Origin: Vibrio alginolyticus NBRC 15630 = ATCC 17749
GTDB lineage: Bacteria; Pseudomonadota; Gammaproteobacteria; Enterobacterales; Vibrionaceae
Direction of reading: 5' to 3'
NCBI RefSeq assembly: GCF_000354175.2
Contig: NC_022349.1
Location: 120,001 to 152,000, forward strand
DNA length: 32,000 nucleotides
Below the pieces are notes generated by a model. It was not told the origin of the DNA, did no database searches, and saw only the letters and a program-made list of their open reading frames with translations. Positions within the stretch are counted from its first letter, which is position 1, and each line of letters begins with the position of its first letter. Below, one piece after another: positions 19,277 to 27,317 of the stretch. Made by a program: the position numbers and the translations under genes.

Positions 19277-20629
19277 GTGATTAGACGCCTTTTACTAGGA
19301 ATGTTTGTACTGTTTAGCAGTATGACAAATGTGGCGAATGCCGCATTAGAGTTGGTCATTACCGATGGTATTGATTCAGCACGACCAATTGCTGTTGTTC
19401 CGTTTAAGTGGGAGGGCACACAAGCGCTTCCAACGGATGTTTCTGCTGTTATCGCCTCGGATTTACAACGTAGTGGTAAATTCAGCCCAGTTCCAACGAG
19501 CAAAATGCCACAAACACCGTTCAGTGAATCAGAAGTTAATTTTGATGCTTGGACCAATTTAGGTGTGGATGCGCTATTGACTGGTTCAATCAAGCAAAAC
19601 GACCAAGGTGACTACGTTATCAACTATCAACTTGTTGATATTGTGCGTGGTCAGTTAACAGGTGGGAAGAGTAAGGCGCTTGGTAGTGACGGTGAATTGG
19701 TTCTGTCAAAAGATCATGTGCTGTTCAATAAAGTAGCCACTGTTCAAGGGCCTCGTATGCGTGAGTACGCTCACCGAATCTCTGATTTGGTGTATGAGCA
19801 GTTAACTGGCGACCGTGGCGCTTTCATGACTCGTATCGCATATGTGGTAGTGAACGATAAAGACCGTTTCCCTTACCAACTTCGAGTCGCTGATTACGAT
19901 GGCTACAATGAGCGTCTGGTTTTACGTTCTAAGCAACCATTAATGTCACCAGCGTGGTCACCAGATGGTAAAAAGCTTGCGTATGTTAGCTTCCAAAATG
20001 GCCAAGCAGAAATCTTCATCATGAACATCTACACCGGTGAACGTGAGAAAATTACTTCATACCCACGTCACAATGGTGCGCCAAGATTTTCGCCAGATGG
20101 CAATAAGTTAGCGATTGTTCTTTCTAAAACAGGCTCGCTTCATGTTTATACGTTTGACCTTAACACTCGTAAGCTGACGCAAATTACGCGTGGCAGATCA
20201 AATAATACGGAACCGTTCTGGCATCCGGATGGAAAATCGTTGATTTTCACATCGGATAGGGGTGGTAAACCACAGATTTATCAAGTAAATTTGGGCAGCG
20301 GTTCTATTGACCGTTTGACTTGGCAAGGCAGCCAAAATTTGGGTGGTCAGATTACTCCTGATGGGCGATTCCTAGTTATGGTGAACCGCAGCAACGCAGG
20401 ATTTAATTTGGCGAAACAAGATTTGGAAACTGGTGCTCTTCAAGTCTTAACTAAGACCTTGCTTGATGAGTCTCCTAGTATTGCCCCAAACGGTGGCATG
20501 GTTGTGTATAGCTCGATTTACAACAAGAAAAACGTACTATCGATGGTGTCAATTGATGGTCGATTCAAAGCTAGATTACCGGCAACAAATGGGCGTGTTC
20601 GAGCGCCTGCATGGTCACCGTTTTTGTAG
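19277..20629 (+). CDS. tolB: Tol-Pal system beta-propeller protein TolB
   Basis: GTG start with AAGGAA 6 nt upstream. The signal peptide ends ...[14 protein letters not shown], and WSPDG/FSPDG/HPDG propeller repeats are present. Confidence 0.96.
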   Translation: MIRRLLLGMFVLFSSMTNVANAALELVITDGIDSARPIAVVPFKWEGTQALPTDVSAVIASDLQRSGKFSPVPTSKMPQTPFSESEVNFDAWTNLGVDALLTGSIKQNDQGDYVINYQLVDIVRGQLTGGKSKALGSDGELVLSKDHVLFNKVATVQGPRMREYAHRISDLVYEQLTGDRGAFMTRIAYVVVNDKDRFPYQLRVADYDGYNERLVLRSKQPLMSPAWSPDGKKLAYVSFQNGQAEIFIMNIYTGEREKITSYPRHNGAPRFSPDGNKLAIVLSKTGSLHVYTFDLNTRKLTQITRGRSNNTEPFWHPDGKSLIFTSDRGGKPQIYQVNLGSGSIDRLTWQGSQNLGGQITPDGRFLVMVNRSNAGFNLAKQDLETGALQVLTKTLLDESPSIAPNGGMVVYSSIYNKKNVLSMVSIDGRFKARLPATNGRVRAPAWSPFL

Positions 20630-20659
20630 TAATAAGTTTGATTAATAAAGGAAAATAAG

Positions 20660-21184
20660 ATGCAACTGAACAAGGTTCTAAAAGGGCTACTAATCGCGCT
20701 TCCTGTAATGGCTGTTACAGCGTGTAGTTCAAGCGACGACGCTGCTTCTAACACTGGTGCAGCAACAAACAACAATGGCGCAGTGGAAACAACAGTAGCT
20801 ACGCCAATTGATCAAAGCGGTCAGTTGACAGAGCAAGAGCTAAAAGAGCAAGCGCTACGTGAAACTCAAACAATCTACTTTGCTTTTGACAACTCAACAA
20901 TTGCAGCAGATTACGAAGAGATGCTAGCGGCTCACGCTTCTTACCTAAGCAAGAACCCAGCACTTAACGTAACTATCGAAGGTCACGCTGATGAGCGTGG
21001 TACTCCTGAGTACAACATCGCTCTAGGTGAGCGTCGTGCACAAGCAGTAGCGAACTACCTACAAGCACTAGGTGTTCAAGCTGACCAAATCTCAATCGTT
21101 AGCTACGGTGAAGAGAAGCCACTTCTTCTAGGTCAATCAGATGAAGTTTACGCTAAGAACCGTCGCGCGGTTCTAGTATACTAA
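20660..21184 (+). CDS. pal: Peptidoglycan-associated lipoprotein Pal
   Basis: Lipobox MAVTAC-SSS. The OmpA-like domain includes YFAFDNSTI...[20 protein letters not shown]. Confidence 0.96.
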   Translation: MQLNKVLKGLLIALPVMAVTACSSSDDAASNTGAATNNNGAVETTVATPIDQSGQLTEQELKEQALRETQTIYFAFDNSTIAADYEEMLAAHASYLSKNPALNVTIEGHADERGTPEYNIALGERRAQAVANYLQALGVQADQISIVSYGEEKPLLLGQSDEVYAKNRRAVLVY

Positions 21185-21199
21185 TTCGAGGTAATCCTC

Positions 21200-21952
21200 A
21201 TGTTCAGTAACACTAAGCGCGCTGTTGCGCTTACGTTACTGGCAAGTGCAGCGAACTTTGCGTTCGCTGCACCAGCTCCAGTATCCGATCTCAACAGCAC
21301 ATCATCCGTCTCTAAGAGCCGTTCATCTGAAACGGAAGTAGAGCGTCTAGAGCGCTTGCTACAAAACCGCAATCGCGTTCAGCTCCAAATGCAACAGCAA
21401 ATTGACCAAATGTCACAAGAGATCAGTGAATTACGTGGTCAATTAGAGCGAAATAGCTACGAAATGAAGCAAATGTTGCAACGTCAACGAGAGTTGTTTG
21501 TCGAGCTGGATCGTGTTCGTGGAGAGATAAAATCCGCGCCTGCGCAAGAAGCGAAACCGGCTAAAACAGGTGGTCAGTACACACCAAATGTTGATGAGCA
21601 AACGGCATACCAAAATGCAGTCGACCTCATCCTCAAGAAACGTGACTACACTGGCGCAATTGCAGCGTTCCAGCAGTTCCAGAAAGATTATCCTGATTCT
21701 ACATATTCAGCGAATTCTCACTACTGGCTAGGTCAGTTGTACTTCGCTAAAAAGCAGGATGAGGATGCAGTGAAAAGTTTTGCCGCTGTTGTGTCTTATA
21801 AAGACTCCAATAAGCGAGCCGATGCGTTGCTTAAGTTAGGCGAAATCGCTGAGCGTAATAACAATGCAGCTCAAGCGAAAAAGTACTACCAACAAGTGGT
21901 TGATGAATACCCAGGTAGTGCATCTGCAAAACTTGCCAGCTCTAAGCTGTAA
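21200..21952 (+). CDS. cpoB: Cell division coordinator CpoB (YbgF)
   Basis: 250-aa ORF with a signal peptide, a coiled-coil N-domain and C-terminal TPR repeats (YWLGQLYFAKKQDEDAVKSF). It is the last gene of the tol-pal cluster. Confidence 0.92.
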   Translation: MFSNTKRAVALTLLASAANFAFAAPAPVSDLNSTSSVSKSRSSETEVERLERLLQNRNRVQLQMQQQIDQMSQEISELRGQLERNSYEMKQMLQRQRELFVELDRVRGEIKSAPAQEAKPAKTGGQYTPNVDEQTAYQNAVDLILKKRDYTGAIAAFQQFQKDYPDSTYSANSHYWLGQLYFAKKQDEDAVKSFAAVVSYKDSNKRADALLKLGEIAERNNNAAQAKKYYQQVVDEYPGSASAKLASSKL

Positions 21953-21966
21953 GACGTTATGTTTTG

Positions 21967-21996
21967 AAAAGGAAGCTTCGGCTTCCTTTTTCTTTT
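21967..21996 (+). terminator. Rho-independent terminator of the tol-pal-cpoB operon
   Basis: GGAAGC (21971-21976) / GCTTCC (21981-21986) with a TTCG tetraloop and A-run/T-run extensions, then TTTTTCTTTT. Confidence 0.85.
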
Positions 21997-22138
21997 CCAT
22001 TTTCTGTTGGTGCAGAACGGCTAAGTCGATAGCAATGATGCAGAGCCTCTGACCTTATGTTGCACCGAATTTAGCTACTCGGAAATGCTACCTGTAACAA
22101 AGATATACGGCTAGACCGCTAGAAATCCCCGCGACAAG

Positions 22139-22168
22139 TTGGTTTTTGAAAATTAACGAGGTTACAAT
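22139..22168 (+). promoter_or_regulatory. Candidate sigma70 promoter for nadA
   Basis: TTGGTT (22139-22144), an 18-nt spacer, and TACAAT (22163-22168), 36 nt upstream of the nadA ATG. Confidence 0.35.
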
Positions 22169-22203
22169 ACTCGGATTAAAGGAAGTTGCGTAGAGCAAGA
22201 GCA

Positions 22204-23265
22204 ATGAGCCATATATTAGATAAAATCGACACTGTTTACCCATTCCCACCGAAACCAGTTCCATTAAGCGAAGAAGAAAAAGCATCTTACATTGAGCGTA
22301 TTAAAAAGTTACTCAAAGAAAAAGATGCGGTACTTATCGCGCACTATTATACCGACCCTGAGATTCAAGCCCTAGCTGAAGACACTGGCGGGTTTGTTGG
22401 TGACTCGTTGGAAATGGCGAAGTTTGGTAATCGTCACCCTGCAAGTACATTGATTATTGGTGGTGTTCGCTTTATGGGCGAGTCGGCCAAAATTCTGACA
22501 CCAGAAAAGCGCATTCTAATGCCAACGTTGGAAGCGGAATGTTCGCTCGACCTTGGCTGTCCTGCGGATAAGTTCAGCGAGTTTTGTGATGCTCACCCTG
22601 ATCATACGGTTGTAGTTTACGCAAATACTTCAGCAGCGGTTAAAGCCCGTGCCGACTGGGTCGTTACATCGAGCATTGCGCTTGAAATCGTGGAACACTT
22701 AGACGCTGAAGATAAGCCAATTATTTGGGGACCAGACCGTCACCTAGGATCGTACATCGCTAACAAAACTGGCGCAGATATGCTGCTTTGGCAGGGTGAG
22801 TGTGTGGTTCATGATGAGTTCTCTGCTGATGCGCTACGAAAAATGAAGAGCGTGTATCCAGATGCGGCTATTTTGGTTCACCCTGAGTCACCAGCAAGCG
22901 TCGTAGAACTTGCCGATGCCGTTGGATCAACGAGTCAGCTGATCAAAGCAGCGAAAGAGCTTCCTCACAAACAAATGATCGTTGCGACAGACAAAGGCAT
23001 TTTCTTTAAAATGCAGCAACTTGTGCCAGAGAAAGAACTTATCGAAGCGCCAACCGCAGGTGCAGGCGCAACATGTCGCAGCTGTGCACACTGTCCTTGG
23101 ATGGCAATGAACGGTTTGAAAGCAATTGAGAAAGCGCTTAGTGAAGGTGGTGAAGAGCACGAAATTTTTGTTGATGAAGCGCTACGTGTGAAATCACTTA
23201 TCCCACTGAACCGCATGCTAGATTTTGCTGAGCAGCTAAATATGCAAGTGAAAGGTAATGCTTAA
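22204..23265 (+). CDS. nadA: Quinolinate synthase NadA
   Basis: The start was moved to the ATG at 22204 ([55 protein letters not shown]), colinear with E. coli NadA. The Fe-S cysteines ([24 protein letters not shown]) are present. Confidence 0.95.
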   Translation: MSHILDKIDTVYPFPPKPVPLSEEEKASYIERIKKLLKEKDAVLIAHYYTDPEIQALAEDTGGFVGDSLEMAKFGNRHPASTLIIGGVRFMGESAKILTPEKRILMPTLEAECSLDLGCPADKFSEFCDAHPDHTVVVYANTSAAVKARADWVVTSSIALEIVEHLDAEDKPIIWGPDRHLGSYIANKTGADMLLWQGECVVHDEFSADALRKMKSVYPDAAILVHPESPASVVELADAVGSTSQLIKAAKELPHKQMIVATDKGIFFKMQQLVPEKELIEAPTAGAGATCRSCAHCPWMAMNGLKAIEKALSEGGEEHEIFVDEALRVKSLIPLNRMLDFAEQLNMQVKGNA

Positions 23266-23293
23266 AAAGTAGGCGTAACTGAAAGTAAATCTC

Positions 23294-23323
23294 AAAAACC
23301 AGCCGAATATGGCTGGTTTTTTT
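23294..23323 (+). terminator. Rho-independent terminator of nadA
   Basis: CCAGCC (23299-23304) / GGCTGG (23311-23316) with a 6-nt loop, flanked by an A5 run and a T7 run. Confidence 0.85.
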
Positions 23324-23383
23324 GTGTCTTACTATCAATGAGTTACTATTGATGCAATCAATGAATATCGAGGTCATAAATTT

Positions 23384-24427
23384 ATGGCGGTGTGGTTAGT
23401 AGTTAAAAAGTGGCTTAGTTCCCACCTTTTTAAATTGAGCAACCGAAGCCTTCTCATCTTTAGTGGCTTATATGTGAGCCTTTCATGGTGGCTGCTGGTT
23501 CTCGCTGGTGAAACAGCATTAACAGACAGTTTCGCTAACTTTATCTATTACCTCATGGTTACGGCGAGTACGGTGGGTTATGGCGACCATTCTCCAGTAA
23601 CAGATATGGGTAAATGGGTTGTCGTACTATTTGTAATCCCCGGCGGTTTGAGCTTATTCGCCGCATTATTGGGGCGTGTCGCTGGAGCAGCGATGGACTA
23701 TTGGCGAGCGGGTATTTTAGGAAAACGGAGAGTAAGAGTGGAAAACCATATTGTATTGTTGGGCTGGAATGGATCGAGAACGATGCACCTTATTCGCATG
23801 TTACAACATGAAGAAGAGGGAAAGCGCCCGATTGTTTTATGCAGCCGTTCAGAAATAGAGAACCCGTTACCTGGCGAAATCAGTTTTATCAAAGTGACCA
23901 GTTATACCGATTCGCAAGAAATGAAAAACGCCAATATTGCCGAAGCCGCTTGCATTATTGTGGATAATCTCTCGGACGACATTACCTTGTCAGCCGCTCT
24001 ATACTGCGCATCTGTAAACCCTTCCGCTCATTTGGTCGCTTACTTTAAAGATGAAGCGCTAGGCCGACTTCTAAGTCAGCATTGCCCGAAAGCGGAATGC
24101 ATACCTGCTGTTGGCGCAGAAATGTTGGCAAAAGCGGCGGTTGACCCGGGCTCAAGTGCGCTTCATCAGGAGCTTTTGGCTTCAACACGAGGTATGACGC
24201 AATACTCAGTTATTTATCCTGAGGGGCAGTCTGCCACCACTATTGAGAATCTCTTCGTTTTTCTCAAAAGACGCCATCATGCCACGCTGATTGCTTTTGA
24301 TATTGGCGATGGTATTCAACTCAACCCAGATTTAGATGCTGAAGTACCCGCGAGTACCAAGCTGTTTTACATTGCAGATGAACGTATTGAAGATTTTGCC
24401 TGGAAAGAAATGAACAAGGAACAATAA
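23384..24427 (+). CDS. Two-TM potassium channel with C-terminal RCK/TrkA-N-like domain
   Basis: 347-aa ORF with two hydrophobic helices flanking a canonical K+ selectivity filter (TASTVGYGDHSP), followed by a Rossmann-like NHIVLLGWNGSRTMHLIRML segment. Confidence 0.88.
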   Translation: MAVWLVVKKWLSSHLFKLSNRSLLIFSGLYVSLSWWLLVLAGETALTDSFANFIYYLMVTASTVGYGDHSPVTDMGKWVVVLFVIPGGLSLFAALLGRVAGAAMDYWRAGILGKRRVRVENHIVLLGWNGSRTMHLIRMLQHEEEGKRPIVLCSRSEIENPLPGEISFIKVTSYTDSQEMKNANIAEAACIIVDNLSDDITLSAALYCASVNPSAHLVAYFKDEALGRLLSQHCPKAECIPAVGAEMLAKAAVDPGSSALHQELLASTRGMTQYSVIYPEGQSATTIENLFVFLKRRHHATLIAFDIGDGIQLNPDLDAEVPASTKLFYIADERIEDFAWKEMNKEQ

Positions 24428-24843
24428 TGCACATGATTGCTGGCCTGTTAGCAGGCTTCCCAAACTTTTTACTCTATTTCTCTGTTTCTATTATTTTTGT
24501 ATTGGCGTTTAAGTTCATCTACGTCAAGTTGACGCCATACGATGAGTGGCATCTGATTAAAGAAAAACAAAATACAGCAGCAGCGATTGCGCTAAGTGGG
24601 GCTTTCCTTGGTTACTGTCTCGCGATTTCGGGGGCGGCAAAAAACTCAGTCAATATCGTCGATTTTATGGTATGGGGCGTTGTCGCAATGCTTGCTCAAA
24701 TTATCGCATTTGCAATTGTACGCTTTATTTTACTTCCGAAAGTGGCAGAGCGTATCGAAAAAGATGAACTGCCAGCCGGTATTGTATTAGCAGCAGTTTC
24801 TGTTTCGGTTGGCGTATTGAATGCCGCGTGCATGACCTACTAG
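24427..24843 (+). CDS. yjfL: DUF350 family inner-membrane protein (YjfL homologue)
   Basis: 138-aa ORF with 4 predicted TM segments. KLTPYDEWHLIKEKQNTAAAIALSGAFLGY...NAACM parallels E. coli YjfL as I recall it. Its ATG overlaps the channel stop (TAATG, 24425-24429). Confidence 0.8.
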   Translation: MHMIAGLLAGFPNFLLYFSVSIIFVLAFKFIYVKLTPYDEWHLIKEKQNTAAAIALSGAFLGYCLAISGAAKNSVNIVDFMVWGVVAMLAQIIAFAIVRFILLPKVAERIEKDELPAGIVLAAVSVSVGVLNAACMTY

Positions 24844-24851
24844 GAGGAACG

Positions 24852-25421
24852 ATGAAGCGGAGTTCTAACGTTAAACGTTCTTCCATGGACAAAAGCTTAA
24901 AGATTGGGAAAATTCTTCCCTTTGCTGCCTTTGGTGGTATTTTCTTCTTTGCTACGTACGAGTCAAAAACAGAAGGGTACATTTTTTCTGATGCTGATGA
25001 GTGTAAATCTAACTCGCCTGAGTTTAGTGAACAGTGTGACATTGCATACCAAGAAGCTTTAGCTCGTGCCGAACAAAATGCCCCTCGCTACCGCAGCGAG
25101 TTCGAATGCGAGAATGATTTCTACGAGGATGATTGTTACTACAGTTCCAGTTCCCGAGCTTATGTACCTAACTTTGGCGGTTTTTTTTACAGTCGCTCAT
25201 TAAGCGGGTTGAAAGGTTATAACAAGAGCTATTACTCAGAGCCGATGTACCGTTATAAATCCAAATTCTATAATGGAGCAGGGCAATTCTTTGGCTCCTA
25301 CCGAAATCAGCCGACCAAAGTTGCGACGAATAGCCTTAATAAACGTGGTGGCGGCACCATTGGCAGGGCGATGTCTCGAGGCGGGTTTGGTAAAGCGGTG
25401 TCGGTCAGTCGAGGCGGTTAA
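24852..25421 (+). CDS. yjfM: DUF1190 family membrane-anchored protein (YjfM homologue)
   Basis: The start was moved to the ATG at 24852 (AGGAGG at 24842-24847). It has a basic N-terminus plus a signal-anchor (ILPFAAFGGIFFFATY), a four-Cys acidic segment, and a Gly/Arg-rich tail ending ...SVSRGG-stop. Confidence 0.8.
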   Translation: MKRSSNVKRSSMDKSLKIGKILPFAAFGGIFFFATYESKTEGYIFSDADECKSNSPEFSEQCDIAYQEALARAEQNAPRYRSEFECENDFYEDDCYYSSSSRAYVPNFGGFFYSRSLSGLKGYNKSYYSEPMYRYKSKFYNGAGQFFGSYRNQPTKVATNSLNKRGGGTIGRAMSRGGFGKAVSVSRGG

Positions 25422-25429
25422 AAAGCACT

Positions 25430-26596
25430 ATGTTTCGACGAGAAATACAAGAGCGCGAAAACTGGCGTGAATTAGCACGCCAGTTTGGTTTTGGTTTCCA
25501 TACCATGTATGACCAACCGTATTGGGATGAGAGTGCTTACTATCAATTCACGCTGGAGCAAATTGAGCGCGATATAGAAGCGCCCACTGAAGAGCTGCAT
25601 CAGATGTGCCTGGCTATTGTGGATGAAGTCGTTCGGAGTGAGCGGTTGCTGACGCAATGTGCGATCCCTGAATCTATGTGGGAGCAGGTCGCTTCTTCAT
25701 GGAGACGAAGCGAACCTTCGCTTTATTCGCGGCTGGATTTCGCGTACAACGGGACCTCGCCAGCAAAATTACTGGAAAACAATGCGGATACGCCAACCAG
25801 CTTGTTTGAAACTGGCTTTTGGCAGTGGGTGTGGCTAGAAGATGTTGTAAATAAAGGTCGAGTTCACCAGAGCGCGGATCAATTCAATATTCTTCAAGAC
25901 TTTTTGATCGAGCGCTTTGCCGAAATAGCAAAATACCAACCAGGACAAACACTTCACTTTAGCTGCTGCAAGTACACTGAAGAAGATAAAGGGACTGTCC
26001 AGTATTTAGAGGATTGCGCGCGAGAGGCAGGGTTAGCAACGGCATTCGTGCATGTCGAAGATATTGGAGTGACGGAAGATGGTCTGTTTGTGGATGCTGA
26101 CGACAGAGCGATTCGTTGGATGTTTAAGCTTTACCCTTGGGAGTTTATGTTTGAAGAGGAATATGCGAAGTACTTAGCGACTGCGAACGTAAACTGGTTA
26201 GAACCGATGTGGAAGTCGATTCTATCCAATAAAGCACTTTTACCGTTATTGTGGGAGCGCTTTCCTAATCACCCGAACCTTTTGCCCGCTTATTTTGCTA
26301 ACGATTCAAAAGCGAACACTATGAGAGATTGTGTCATCAAGCCACTATTTTCTCGAGAGGGCGCGAACATCGAGATCGTCATCGATGGAAAACGTTTTGT
26401 TAAAACGTCAGGGCCTTATGAATCTAAATTCAATATCGTCCAGCAATACCATCCACTACCTAAGTTTGGGCACAACCATACGTTAATTGGCAGTTGGTTG
26501 GTCAATGATAGAGCTGCCGGTATTTCGATTAGGGAAGACAGTAGCTTAGTGACTCAAGATATGGCGCGGTATATTCCACATGTAATTTTAACATGA
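25430..26596 (+). CDS. yjfC: Glutathionylspermidine synthase-like ATP-grasp amide ligase (YjfC homologue)
   Basis: 388-aa ORF. YWDESAYYQFTLEQIERDIEAPTEELHQMCL...LLENNADTPTSLFE...KLYPWEFM...WKSILSNKALLPLLW...KPLFSREGANI...LIGSWLV are the conserved blocks of the GspS pre-ATP-grasp/ATP-grasp family. Confidence 0.88.
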   Translation: MFRREIQERENWRELARQFGFGFHTMYDQPYWDESAYYQFTLEQIERDIEAPTEELHQMCLAIVDEVVRSERLLTQCAIPESMWEQVASSWRRSEPSLYSRLDFAYNGTSPAKLLENNADTPTSLFETGFWQWVWLEDVVNKGRVHQSADQFNILQDFLIERFAEIAKYQPGQTLHFSCCKYTEEDKGTVQYLEDCAREAGLATAFVHVEDIGVTEDGLFVDADDRAIRWMFKLYPWEFMFEEEYAKYLATANVNWLEPMWKSILSNKALLPLLWERFPNHPNLLPAYFANDSKANTMRDCVIKPLFSREGANIEIVIDGKRFVKTSGPYESKFNIVQQYHPLPKFGHNHTLIGSWLVNDRAAGISIREDSSLVTQDMARYIPHVILT

Positions 26597-26597
26597 T

Positions 26598-26628
26598 CAA
26601 AAAAGCTCTCCATTTGGAGAGCTTTTTG
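26598..26628. terminator. Bidirectional rho-independent terminator between convergent genes
   Basis: GCTCTCC (26605-26611) / GGAGAGC (26616-26622) with a 4-nt loop, an A-run on the left and a T-run on the right. Confidence 0.85.
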
Positions 26629-26669
26629 TCTATTCAGCCGTTCAATCTTGATGGTCGACAGCGTTGCGT

Positions 26670-27281
26670 CTATTGTTCTTCAGCTAATGCAACACCGCGC
26701 TGGGTAAGACCACATAACATCACTGGCATTGCATTGAAGATCTCTTCAAACTGCTCTAAGCCTTCCATACCTTGTTCGGCCAATGTTTCAATGGTTGTTT
26801 CTGGGTCGTAAAGCATAGTAAGAGAAAGTAAAACACCACCGAGTAGGGCATTATCTTCGCTATCCTCAGGCATCAACGTTTCCCAGTCATCACGCGCAAG
26901 TTGCCAGCCTTGTAATACACCTTCACAGAAATCGCGAGCCTGACTTGTTACAATGTCTTGCTCATCTAGCGCGCACCCTGCAGGCCACTGCCAAGTGCCT
27001 TCTAGGAGAGCGGGACGAGTTTGGTTCCACATTTGTACAATCTCGTCAATGTACTGCTCTAGTTGTTCACCGTCAGTAAATGGCGCTGTTTCTTCTCCAC
27101 CCCATAAGAATGGCAACCACTCTTGAGGCATTAATACGTTTGGCGCTGCAGCCATCGCTGTTACAAAGCCTTGAGTTTTTGCTAGGTTTAGTAGTTTACC
27201 GTCAAGTTCTGGGAGAGAAAGGATGTCTTGTAGTTTCAAAATAGAATACCATTTGTTAATGGGCTGGTTGATTGCGCTCAT
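26670..27281 (-). CDS. UPF0149 (YgfB/YecA N-domain-like) family protein
   Basis: An acidic protein of about 203 aa. GFVTAMAAAPNVLMPQEWLPFLWGGE...IVQMWNQ is typical of UPF0149. I prefer the ATG at 27281 to the TTG at 27293. Confidence 0.7.
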   Translation of the reverse strand: MSAINQPINKWYSILKLQDILSLPELDGKLLNLAKTQGFVTAMAAAPNVLMPQEWLPFLWGGEETAPFTDGEQLEQYIDEIVQMWNQTRPALLEGTWQWPAGCALDEQDIVTSQARDFCEGVLQGWQLARDDWETLMPEDSEDNALLGGVLLSLTMLYDPETTIETLAEQGMEGLEQFEEIFNAMPVMLCGLTQRGVALAEEQ

Positions 27282-27317
27282 CTTACCAATCAATTAGTGA
27301 TAAATCGATATTAGGGA

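Noticed and set aside
19261-19593. 110-aa minus-strand ORF over the tolA-tolB junction
   Set aside because: It is antisense to the tolB signal peptide and N-domain and to the tolB RBS. The tolB call is strongly supported by homology.
21997-22185. Searched the cpoB-nadA gap for the tRNA cluster that occupies this position in E. coli
   Set aside because: No T-loop (GTTCGAATC-like) or acceptor-stem pairing was found. The region has only a loose 6-bp inverted repeat (GGTGCA ... TGCACC) with a ~47-nt loop, which is insufficient to call an RNA gene.
24725-25042. 105-aa minus-strand ORF spanning the DUF350/DUF1190 junction
   Set aside because: It is antisense to two well-supported, tightly coupled genes and their AGGAGG RBS, and it has no start signals of its own.
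26593-26811. 72-aa plus-strand ORF starting at the yjfC stop
   Set aside because: It reads through the bidirectional terminator hairpin and then runs antisense into the UPF0149 gene, so it is implausible as a gene.
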